Notes: generated by a model from the letters alone, not told the origin. A stretch of DNA of 64,000 nucleotides from Bacteriovoracaceae bacterium (GCA_048270185.1 JBLWTJ010000002.1:448001-512000); one strand, 5' to 3'; numbered from the stretch's first letter, positions 8,715 through 17,306 are shown. Translations and numbers: made by a program.

Positions 8715-9764
8715 ATGGAAATATGGCAAAAGAATGTTCAAATCACACCCAAAATTCTCAAACTTATAGCTGAGATTGATGAATTTAAAGGCTCGTGGTC
8801 TGCACTTGGCCAGTTAGCTCCAGATAAGCTTATGAGCCTAAAGAAAGTGGCCACAATTGAATCTGTCGCTTCATCAACTAGGATCGAAGGTGTTAAATTA
8901 AGTGACTCAGAAGTAAAGGCTCTCTTGTCTGGTCTTGATGTGAATTCATTTAAAAGCCGTGATGAAGAAGAAGTCGCAGGTTATGCAGAAGCAATGAACC
9001 TTATCTTTGAAAGCAGTTCAGAACTTATCCCAAATGAAAATATTATCAAACAACTTCATCAAGAGTTACTAAAATTTAGCTCAAAAGACATTCGTCACAG
9101 AGGCGAATATAAAAAACTTAATAATCATGTTGAGGCATTTGCTCCGGACGGAAAAAGTCTCGGTATTATTTTTCAAACCTCAACTCCTCTTGAAACTCCT
9201 TACAAGATGGAATCTCTATCTGACTGGCTTTCTAAATCTACGAGTGAACCTGAAATACATATCTTAATTACCATAGCGATTTTCACAGTGAGTTTTTTGG
9301 CAATTCACCCCTTTCAAGATGGAAATGGAAGACTATCACGTGCACTCACGGCCCTCCTACTTCTAAGAGCAGGTTACGACTACACTCCCTATTCTTCTCT
9401 GGAAAGAGTCATAGAAGAAAATAAAGATTTATATTACTTGAAGCTTAGAGAAGCGCAAACTGAAAATGAAGAGAGTGCTGACGGGCTTATTAGCTGGATA
9501 ACTTTCTTTCTTGAATGTCTTGTTAAGCAGAAGAATTCTCTTAAGAGAAAGGTTGAGAAAGAAAAAATATTAAAATCTCTTCCAAAGCTTTCAGAGAAAA
9601 TTCTCATCCTATTAAAAGAACATGAAAAACTATCTGTTAGTGACATTGTTAAGCTTACAGGAGCTAATAGAAACACGGTCAAATCACACGTTTTTAGCCT
9701 TGTAGAAGACAATGAAATTCAAAAAGGTGGACAAGGTAAAGGGACTTACTATTTTTTAACCTAA
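8715..9764 (+). CDS. Fic family AMPylase with C-terminal HTH
   Basis: HPFQDGNGRLSR catalytic motif; N-terminal SSTRIEG autoinhibitory motif; wHTH tail. Confidence 0.92.
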   Translation: MEIWQKNVQITPKILKLIAEIDEFKGSWSALGQLAPDKLMSLKKVATIESVASSTRIEGVKLSDSEVKALLSGLDVNSFKSRDEEEVAGYAEAMNLIFESSSELIPNENIIKQLHQELLKFSSKDIRHRGEYKKLNNHVEAFAPDGKSLGIIFQTSTPLETPYKMESLSDWLSKSTSEPEIHILITIAIFTVSFLAIHPFQDGNGRLSRALTALLLLRAGYDYTPYSSLERVIEENKDLYYLKLREAQTENEESADGLISWITFFLECLVKQKNSLKRKVEKEKILKSLPKLSEKILILLKEHEKLSVSDIVKLTGANRNTVKSHVFSLVEDNEIQKGGQGKGTYYFLT

Positions 9765-9788
9765 AATGTATCCACATAGGAGAATTAA

Positions 9789-11534
9789 ATGAGCTTTAGA
9801 GTAAAGCCAAATCGTCTTAAGTCTTTAATCACAAGAGGTTTTTTTCCAAAAGAAATACCATGCTGTTTTAGGCCAACAAACTTTTCAGATATTGTAGATC
9901 TATCTCCGGATGAACTAAATCAAAATAAACGTCAATCAGCAAAACTCATTTCACACAATGTAACACGATTTGGTTCATTTACTAGAAAACTAGGAATACC
10001 AAATCCTATCACATTTTATCGTTTATCATCTTTAATATCTGAGCATTTTAATGAAATCCTTCCTCTAACTATAAAATCTAGCTACGGAGTAACTTTTCCA
10101 AAATCATCAACCACTGGAAGAGCTTTCGTCTGGGAATCAGATTGGCAAGAATGGAAAGAAGAAAAGATAAAAAGACAAGCAGGGTATAAATATGCTCTCA
10201 AAACAGATATTTCTAACTTTTATCCCAGTATATACACTCATATAATCCCTTGGGTTCTTCATGGAAAAAAACATTCAAAATCTAATAAAAGAGATAAAAC
10301 ATTACTTGGTAATAGAATAGATTCTTCAATTGGCTTTTCACAAGATAATCAAACACAAGGGTTACCAATTGGTCCAGACACATCATTTCTCATATCCGAA
10401 TTGATTCTAAACAAAATAGACACTACAATAAAAAAGCAACTCAAAAGTGCAAAAATTAAACATAGTGCTATTCGATTTGTAGATGACTGTGAATTTTATT
10501 TTCTCAATAATGACGATGCAAATAAAGCGTTAAACATCATTTCAAGAGTATATTCTAATTTTGAATTAGCACTAAGTCCTCACAAGACTGAAATATACAA
10601 ACTCCCTTTAGAATTTGAAAAAAAATGGGTGTCACAAATAAGAAGCTATCCTAGCCCCATTGCGACAAAAAAGTCCCAAAAGAGTAAACGTCAACTAATC
10701 ATTGACTACTTTGACTTTATCATAGAGCTCCAAAGAGAGAATCCTCACGAACAGGTAATTTCATATGCGATGGCCAGAATTGAAAAAGAGTTTTATCTAC
10801 TTGATGATGAACTGTTATTTTTCTCATTACTCATAAATTTAATCCCATTAGATACGAGTATATTAAAGTGGATAATTCATTTTCTTAATCTTGACTCAAA
10901 ACTACTAGAATCAAATATGCTACAAAATCTATTTCAAGAAGTTATTCCTAGAATTGCTCTTGATTGTAGCGAACATGGAAAGCACAATGATACACTTTGG
11001 GCATTAATTATTTCATATATATTTGATATTTCCTTCTCAAAAAAAATGAGCAATGAAATTTATAAACTAGGAAACTCTTTTGTAAAGATTCTTTGTCTCG
11101 ACTTAACTCTTGTTAGCCTAATGAAAATTGAAAAATCACTGTCTCCAAAAGAAGATGATTTCTTTGAAGAAGACTGGCTTCTTTTTTACACAGTATTTAC
11201 TAACGATGAATTCATTAATTTTAGATCTAACAAAAGTAACGGTATCAAAAAAAATATCTTTTTCAAGATGTTAAAAAATAATAATGTCTCTTTCTATGAG
11301 CCCTTTCCTTCCGATGACTCTATAGAGGCTATTCAGGAATATGTAGCAAAGCTATGTGACAAAATTGAAAGCACAGAGTACAAAATTGAAATTGATGGTG
11401 ACTTCTATGACCCAGAAGACCCACATCTAAGCCAATGTCTCCGATGTGGAGCATTCTTCACCCCTTCTGAACAAGAACAAATTTGTAATTCATGCTGGGA
11501 TGATATAACTCATGAAGACGACATTCCATTTTAA
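9789..11534 (+). CDS. Abi/UG-class (AbiK/Abi-P2/DRT4-like) reverse transcriptase with helical C-domain, CxxC-CxxC ribbon and DDIPF tail
   Basis: RKLGIPNP; TDISNFYPSIYTHIIPWVLHGK; QTQGLPIGPDTS; RFVDD; LSPHKT. Confidence 0.88.
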   Translation: MSFRVKPNRLKSLITRGFFPKEIPCCFRPTNFSDIVDLSPDELNQNKRQSAKLISHNVTRFGSFTRKLGIPNPITFYRLSSLISEHFNEILPLTIKSSYGVTFPKSSTTGRAFVWESDWQEWKEEKIKRQAGYKYALKTDISNFYPSIYTHIIPWVLHGKKHSKSNKRDKTLLGNRIDSSIGFSQDNQTQGLPIGPDTSFLISELILNKIDTTIKKQLKSAKIKHSAIRFVDDCEFYFLNNDDANKALNIISRVYSNFELALSPHKTEIYKLPLEFEKKWVSQIRSYPSPIATKKSQKSKRQLIIDYFDFIIELQRENPHEQVISYAMARIEKEFYLLDDELLFFSLLINLIPLDTSILKWIIHFLNLDSKLLESNMLQNLFQEVIPRIALDCSEHGKHNDTLWALIISYIFDISFSKKMSNEIYKLGNSFVKILCLDLTLVSLMKIEKSLSPKEDDFFEEDWLLFYTVFTNDEFINFRSNKSNGIKKNIFFKMLKNNNVSFYEPFPSDDSIEAIQEYVAKLCDKIESTEYKIEIDGDFYDPEDPHLSQCLRCGAFFTPSEQEQICNSCWDDITHEDDIPF

Positions 11535-11558
11535 AGGAATTTATATATTGGAGAAAAT

Positions 11559-12317
11559 ATGGGCCACTACGATACACAACAAGTTTGTTTAAACGGACAC
11601 CAAATTACAGATTCAGTAAAAAAACACCCTAATGGGAAAAAGGACTTTTGCAATACATGCGGAGCAAAAACAATTACGACATGCCAAAACTGTGGTGCTG
11701 AAATAAAAGGGCATTACTATACTCCAGGTATTGTAAGTATGTTTTCTGCAAGTATTCCAAGTAACTGTGACAGCTGCGGAGCTGAACACCCATGGACTAC
11801 TGCCAGTAAATCAAATGCAACAAAAGCAGCATCTTCAGAAGCTCCATCAATAAATGATTCTATTGAGTTAATAAAATTAATTAGTCAAAGGTTTCATATG
11901 TTTGCAAGACAAATGCAAAATAGGCATTCTAATCGCTCAACTCTAGAATTTAATGATGAATATGATGTGCAAGATGCTTTCCATGCAATTCTTAAATTAC
12001 ATTTTGATGATGTTCGAGCAGAAGAGTATGTCCCAAGTTATGCTGGATCCTCTTCACGTATCGACTTTTTAATACACGATGAAGAAATTGCAATTGAAAT
12101 TAAAAAAACAAGAAATGGACTAAAAGACAAAGAGGCTGGTGAACAGATTGCCATTGATATACAAAGATACGAGACTCACCCGAAGTGCAAAAAACTTATT
12201 TGTTTTATCTATGATCCTGAAGGTAGAATTGGGAATCCAACAGGAATTGAAAGAGATTTAACAAAAAAGGTAAATGAATTACAAGTTATTACAATAGTTG
12301 CACCAAAAGGGCACTAA
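11559..12317 (+). CDS. DUF2321-like Zn-ribbon domain fused to a DpnII/MboI-like PD-(D/E)xK nuclease domain
   Basis: QVCLNGH..FCNTCGAKTITTCQNCGAEIKG..CDSCGAEHPWT; EYDVQD..RIDFLI..AIEIKKTR..FIYDP. Confidence 0.75.
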   Translation: MGHYDTQQVCLNGHQITDSVKKHPNGKKDFCNTCGAKTITTCQNCGAEIKGHYYTPGIVSMFSASIPSNCDSCGAEHPWTTASKSNATKAASSEAPSINDSIELIKLISQRFHMFARQMQNRHSNRSTLEFNDEYDVQDAFHAILKLHFDDVRAEEYVPSYAGSSSRIDFLIHDEEIAIEIKKTRNGLKDKEAGEQIAIDIQRYETHPKCKKLICFIYDPEGRIGNPTGIERDLTKKVNELQVITIVAPKGH

Positions 12318-12341
12318 GTTTCGCGTTTATAAGGGAGTTCT

Positions 12342-13358
12342 ATGCAGGAACATTTTGGATATTTTCCCAAGAAGAACTGGGAGGAACTATCAAATGAACA
12401 ACAAGAGTACTTCTATTCACTTTCAGAAGAAGAGTTGATTTCTCGTTGGAAGACTGAGGACGGATATAAAATACTCGAAGAAATCTTATCTCTAAATAAA
12501 AAGATGAACCTTTCTGGCAAACCATATGAAAGACCAGACTATAGTAAAATTACTGGTACAGTTAAAAGTGACTTGTCAAAAAAACCTCCAAAGTTTGATT
12601 TGAGAGGTATAAATCTTCAAGAATACAAAGCTTCAACAATTGATGAGATTGTTCCACATAACTTTTCATTCTGTGACCTTAGATATTCAAACTTTAAAAA
12701 TGGCAATTATAGTAACTCACATTTTAATAATTCCGATATATTATATAGCGATTTTTCTGGTTCAATATTAGATGAATGTAATTTCTCAAAATCAAACCTA
12801 ACATTGAGTGATTTCAGTTACACAAACCTAGACCATGCAAACTTTAGTAATAGCTGGATAACTAGCCTGAGATTAAAAAAAGCCTCTCTCTCATATGTTA
12901 AGTTTTCTAACGATACAAAGTTTTATGACATAGATATTAGTGAAATCTCAGGAAATGCAAACCCTTTCTTCACTTCACATGTACGTAGAACACTATATCT
13001 GAACAACTTCAGAGAGCAGAGTTCTACAAACAACCTGTTATATCACGCATGGAAAATCACAAGTAATTGTGGAGAAAGTTTCTTTCGATGGTACATAACA
13101 GCATCATGTATTATAGCCCTTTTTGGTTTTATATTCTCCTTGATGCCTGAAGTATTACATAGCGGAACAACTAAAGAGTTAACACCATTCACTTTTTATT
13201 ACTTTAGCACAGTCACCTTCACAACTCTTGGCTTTGGAGATATCACCCCCGTTGGTTTAGTAGGAGAAGCTCTTGTAACAATTGAAGTTATTTTAGGATA
13301 CATAATGCTAGGTGGATTAATTAGTATATTTTCAAACAAATTCATTGCAAAAGATTAA
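12342..13358 (+). CDS. pentapeptide-repeat protein with C-terminal 2TM K+-channel-like domain
   Basis: S/C-D/N-F/L-S-x repeats; pore helix and filter FYYFSTVTFTTLGFGDITP flanked by two TM helices. Confidence 0.85.
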   Translation: MQEHFGYFPKKNWEELSNEQQEYFYSLSEEELISRWKTEDGYKILEEILSLNKKMNLSGKPYERPDYSKITGTVKSDLSKKPPKFDLRGINLQEYKASTIDEIVPHNFSFCDLRYSNFKNGNYSNSHFNNSDILYSDFSGSILDECNFSKSNLTLSDFSYTNLDHANFSNSWITSLRLKKASLSYVKFSNDTKFYDIDISEISGNANPFFTSHVRRTLYLNNFREQSSTNNLLYHAWKITSNCGESFFRWYITASCIIALFGFIFSLMPEVLHSGTTKELTPFTFYYFSTVTFTTLGFGDITPVGLVGEALVTIEVILGYIMLGGLISIFSNKFIAKD

Positions 13359-13492
13359 TATTGCTCGTTTTTGCTCGTCGATAGCCATGAATTAAGATGA
13401 AAAATGATGAAAAGTCCCGAGAAAGAAAAAGGCAAGCCTTTGAAATCGCTCGTAACGCCTTAGAATGATTGATTAAATTTACACGATTGGAT

Positions 13493-13518
13493 ATCCCCTT
13501 GGGAGTACCAGTTTTATA
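13493..13518 (+). repeat. att copy 3 (attR)
   Basis: ATCCCCTTGGGAGTACCAGTTTTATA, identical to 1401-1426. Confidence 0.9.
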
Positions 13519-13520
13519 TT

Positions 13521-13544
13521 AGGCCAGTCTTTGACTGGCCTTTT
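13521..13544 (+). terminator. terminator after attR (probably the original chromosomal tRNA-Glu terminator)
   Basis: AGGCCAGTC-TTT-GACTGGCCT-TTT. Confidence 0.75.
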
Positions 13545-13565
13545 ATATTTTTGGAGGCAGCAATT

Positions 13566-13750
13566 GCCACGATGGCAAATTGATGCCGAACAACGCCGAC
13601 CGACCAGTATGGGAGGTCAGGTGAATCAACTAAGCAAAATAGCCTCACCTACTTTTACTGACAATAATTCAAACAGAAGCGCCACGATGGCAAATTGATG
13701 CCGAACAACGCCGACCGACCACTATGGGAGGTCAGGTGAATCAACTAAGC
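13566..13750. repeat. two 70-bp structured direct repeats (13566-13635, 13681-13750)
   Basis: 69/70 identical; each copy has two CCA-nnn-TGG hairpins. Confidence 0.9.
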
Positions 13751-13830
13751 TATTCCACCCTTCCCCCATTCGTACAAAATCAATTTCTAGCTTACAATAT
13801 TACTTTATCCCTTTAATAAATGAGAAAGTA

Positions 13831-14958
13831 TTGAGCTTAGACTTCTATAATAAACTTCCAATTATCAGCGAATTCACACAAATGGCGGACTTGAGCTTCT
13901 ATCAAGACCTACCGGATGATTGGATTATTATTGTTACAGATGTCATCGATTCAACCAAGGCCGTCGCGGCCGGAAAGTATAAAGATGTTAATACCATTGG
14001 GGCCGCAACGATTTCATGTGTGCAGGCCAAGCTTAAAACGCTTGGTTTTCCCTTTGTCTTTGGAGGCGATGGTGCAACTCTTGTGCTACCAACGAATCTC
14101 TATGAAGAAGTTAAAAGCGATCTAGTGGCCCTAATGAAAATCTCACAAGATAAGTTTGGGCTTAGTATGCGTGTTGGGGCCATTTCAAATAAAGAGCTTC
14201 TTGATAAAGGTATTAAAACAAAAGTCTCGCGTTATCAAATCAATCCCAAGCAGGCCATTGCCGTCTTTAGTGGAGGCGGACTTAAGCTTGCGGATAAAAT
14301 TATAAAAGATGAATACGATAAGTATCAACTGACGGCTTCTCAGGATACAAATTCCGACCTGAGTAATCTCTCATGTCGCTGGAACCCTATTCCAAGTAAA
14401 TTTGGAAAGATTCTAACTTTGCTTATTGAATCAAAATCTCAAGATGAGAATTATTATAATGAGATTCTAACCAATCTGGATCAAATTCTTGAAGGACAAG
14501 TTTTAAATCGAGGACCGATGAACTTGGATAAGATGACGTATAAGGGATTCTTTCAACTATTATTTGAAGAGTCTCGCCTATCCCTATCACTGGATCGTTT
14601 GAAGAGTATCTTCTTTTCAATAGTTTTATTCAAGTGGGGCAAATACAAAGACTATCCAAATGTGGAAAATTACCGCAAGCAGATGGGGCTTCACAGTGAT
14701 TATAAGAAATTTGATGACATGATTAGACTGGTTCTCGACTGTGGCCCAGAACAAGTTAATAAGATCGAAAAATATCTTAAGGATGAATATCAAAAGGGTC
14801 ACTTAATCTACGGAACTCATCTTTCTAACACAGCTCTTATGACTTGCTTAGTGGAAACAATTGAAGATGGAGATCATATTCACTTTATAGATGGTGGTGA
14901 TGGTGGTTACACAGCAGCTTCAATTCAATTAAAAGAGCAGGCCTTACTGCGAGAGTGA
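13831..14958 (+). CDS. DUF3095 family protein (nucleotide cyclase-like)
   Basis: TDVIDSTKAV..GKYKDVN, FVFGGDGAT, HIHFIDGGDGGY. Confidence 0.75.
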   Translation: MSLDFYNKLPIISEFTQMADLSFYQDLPDDWIIIVTDVIDSTKAVAAGKYKDVNTIGAATISCVQAKLKTLGFPFVFGGDGATLVLPTNLYEEVKSDLVALMKISQDKFGLSMRVGAISNKELLDKGIKTKVSRYQINPKQAIAVFSGGGLKLADKIIKDEYDKYQLTASQDTNSDLSNLSCRWNPIPSKFGKILTLLIESKSQDENYYNEILTNLDQILEGQVLNRGPMNLDKMTYKGFFQLLFEESRLSLSLDRLKSIFFSIVLFKWGKYKDYPNVENYRKQMGLHSDYKKFDDMIRLVLDCGPEQVNKIEKYLKDEYQKGHLIYGTHLSNTALMTCLVETIEDGDHIHFIDGGDGGYTAASIQLKEQALLRE

Positions 14959-15753
14959 TATCGCTTCTTCGACAACATTGCCTTTAAAACCTCGACGTTC
15001 AATATAGCGTCTAAAGAAGCCTGAGGCCTTAGCGATGAGGGTTTGTCTTTTTGGAATAACGATCTGTTCAGAACGTTGCTCAATTCCTTGAATGATCTCG
15101 CGAACAACTTCATCAATTGAGATCATCTTCCAAGGTCCTGATTGATTTCCACCCCATAACTTTTCACCGACTGGATCACTTGTTACTCCATCCATTAAAG
15201 GGGACGCAAAGAATGTAGGATGGAAGCTTCCTACATCGACACCTAAGTGCTTAACTTCAAGGCGAATACTATTACAGATGGCGTGAAGACCGGCTTTACT
15301 TGCTGCATATGAAGCTTGCAATGGACAGTGAACAAATGAGGCCATGGAACAGATAGCGGCCATGTAACCTTCGCTAAGGGCAATATAAGGAAGGGCCGCT
15401 TTAAAAGTTCTCCAGGAACCGTTTAAGTTAATATCAATAACTCGTGAAAAGTCTTCTTCATTAGTTGTCATCATTGGGGCCACTTGTGTAATACCTGCAT
15501 TGGCAATGACGATATCGATGCAACCATAGTGAGAATTAATCTCTTTCATCGCAACTTCAAGGGAAGAGTAATCTCTTACATCGGCACTGAAGCCAACTGC
15601 ATCTAAATCTCTGGCCAACTCATTAACCTGTGTTAAGTCGAGATCAATAAGAGCAAGCTTGGCGCCACGTTTAACTAACTCATAAGATAGAGCACGCCCT
15701 AAGCCTCCAGTGGAGCCAGTAATGGCAATCACTTTATCTTTTACTTCTCTCAT
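14944..15753 (-). CDS. short-chain dehydrogenase/reductase
   Basis: TGSTGGLG, NAG, YAASK; start placed at ATG 15753. Confidence 0.9.
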   Translation of the reverse strand: MREVKDKVIAITGSTGGLGRALSYELVKRGAKLALIDLDLTQVNELARDLDAVGFSADVRDYSSLEVAMKEINSHYGCIDIVIANAGITQVAPMMTTNEEDFSRVIDINLNGSWRTFKAALPYIALSEGYMAAICSMASFVHCPLQASYAASKAGLHAICNSIRLEVKHLGVDVGSFHPTFFASPLMDGVTSDPVGEKLWGGNQSGPWKMISIDEVVREIIQGIEQRSEQIVIPKRQTLIAKASGFFRRYIERRGFKGNVVEEAISLSQ

Positions 15754-15926
15754 AAATTCTCCCGATATCGCTTTGGTATAGCACAAGTAAATCTATCGAA
15801 TTGAGTCTTTGTAATAATTCCATCTTCCAAAGAAGGCTAAATAGCGAATTTCACGAGATATTAGTCAATCTAAACAAGCAAAAATGCCCCCTAATCAATT
15901 GTTTAAATTTAAAATGATATAATTAA

Positions 15927-16769
15927 TTGATGAGATGGATTTTGCTAATCGCCCTATTTCTACTAAATATCATGGCCTTTGCTCAAGAAAAGTTCGCCAA
16001 TGAATTCTCATTTAAAATCGAAAATGATGCCGCCTTTGAAACCGATAAGTATTACTCCAATGGAGCTGAACTACTTTATCAGAGAAGATTCTTTCACTCG
16101 TCATCAATGACGAAACTTCGCTTTGGCCTTACTCACCAAATCTACACTCCAGAGGCGACATTTGATGAGACCGTTGTTGAAGGGGATCATCCATATACAG
16201 GTGTTTACTATGGAACTCTAGGACTACTTCACGTCAATAATAGCTTCTATTTAAAAACTGATTTATGGATTGGCAAGCAAGGCCCTGATGCCAAAGCAGG
16301 TATCCTACAAAATCTCTTTCACAAGATGACCCCTTCTTCGCAAGTTAATGGATGGACAAATCAAACGGCCAATAGCTCATTTTATAACGGTGATATTAAA
16401 TTTATAAAAATTAATCGTTCACAATTTTTAGAATTATCACCATGGATGAATATCAGGTATGGTGGTCTAATTAAAGATTACGAGTTGGGACTTAAGACTT
16501 CTCTCTTTCTTGGCCCTCTTCAACTCTTTGCCAACGGATCTGTTGTCTATAATGAATATAACTCAACTCTTCAAGGCCCAAAGAATGGTGAGTCGGTCTA
16601 TGTTATTGCGGAGGACAAGATGAATGATCTCTACTATAAAGCCGACGTTGGTTTTCATCTCATCTTTAGTCGCGTGCGATTTACGATTAAGGCCAATTGG
16701 TATAGTGCTCAATTTGAGGGGGCCAGTGATCATACCTACGCCACTTTTGAGACGGCCTTCTACTTCTAA
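15927..16769 (+). CDS. lipid A 3-O-deacylase LpxR (DUF2219) family outer-membrane protein
   Basis: Signal peptide; END...DKYYSNG; HQIYTP; HPYTG; QNLFH; GWTNQ; C-terminal F. Confidence 0.75.
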   Translation: MMRWILLIALFLLNIMAFAQEKFANEFSFKIENDAAFETDKYYSNGAELLYQRRFFHSSSMTKLRFGLTHQIYTPEATFDETVVEGDHPYTGVYYGTLGLLHVNNSFYLKTDLWIGKQGPDAKAGILQNLFHKMTPSSQVNGWTNQTANSSFYNGDIKFIKINRSQFLELSPWMNIRYGGLIKDYELGLKTSLFLGPLQLFANGSVVYNEYNSTLQGPKNGESVYVIAEDKMNDLYYKADVGFHLIFSRVRFTIKANWYSAQFEGASDHTYATFETAFYF

Positions 16770-17306
16770 TTAATCCCTTAGAATTGAGTAATACTTCATA
16801 TCCCAAAATTGGTTGCGGTGATAGATCTCGCGTCTCAATGTCCCTTCATAAGTCATGCCTAATTTTTGCATAACTCTTTCACTGGCAAGATTTTCGGCCT
16901 TACAGCGACACTGAATACGTTCAATATCAAAGTGCTCAAAGCAATACTCAATGACAGCATCAGCGGCTTCCACCACGATCCCCTGGCCCCAGTAGTCATC
17001 ATTAATGACATAGGCCAATTCCATAGACTTATTCTTCGTTGAAACCCAAAAGCACCCAACACAGCCAATTAGCTTATCGCTTCCCTTAAGAGTTATGGCA
17101 AATGGTTCGGGAACTCCTTGCTCATAATTGCTAAAGGCATACTTTTCGATGAAGTGAACACTATCGGCGACACTTTCATGGGGCTCCCATAAGGTATATT
17201 TTGAAACGTGAGGTCTTTGGCCATACTCAAAAATAGCATCTTGGTCGGATAAGCGAATATCCCTTAGCACAAGTCTTTTTGTTTCAATAGATGGAGGCTT
17301 CCACAT
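16770..17306 (-). CDS. RimJ/RimL family GNAT N-acetyltransferase
   Basis: IETKRLVLR, YWGQGI, NLASERVMQKLGM. Confidence 0.88.
   Translation of the reverse strand: MWKPPSIETKRLVLRDIRLSDQDAIFEYGQRPHVSKYTLWEPHESVADSVHFIEKYAFSNYEQGVPEPFAITLKGSDKLIGCVGCFWVSTKNKSMELAYVINDDYWGQGIVVEAADAVIEYCFEHFDIERIQCRCKAENLASERVMQKLGMTYEGTLRREIYHRNQFWDMKYYSILRD

Larger units (their letters stand above)
5024..13518. mobile_element. Island B: integrative element (int-xis-Replic_Relax) with defence-like cargo
   Basis: Flanked by tRNA-Glu 3'-end repeats; integrase next to the left att; paired TGCTCGT motifs at both ends. Confidence 0.85.

Noticed and set aside
8487..9788. Retron msr-msd, group II intron or DGR associated with the RT
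   Set aside because: The RT lacks the retron NAxxH/VTG signatures and a maturase domain. Only 24 bp precede it, and I saw no TR/VR pair. Its motifs fit the Abi/UG class.
5024..13518. Prophage
   Set aside because: No capsid, terminase, portal, tail or lysis genes.
13566..13750. CRISPR array
   Set aside because: Only two units, 70-bp repeat length, and no cas genes in the window.
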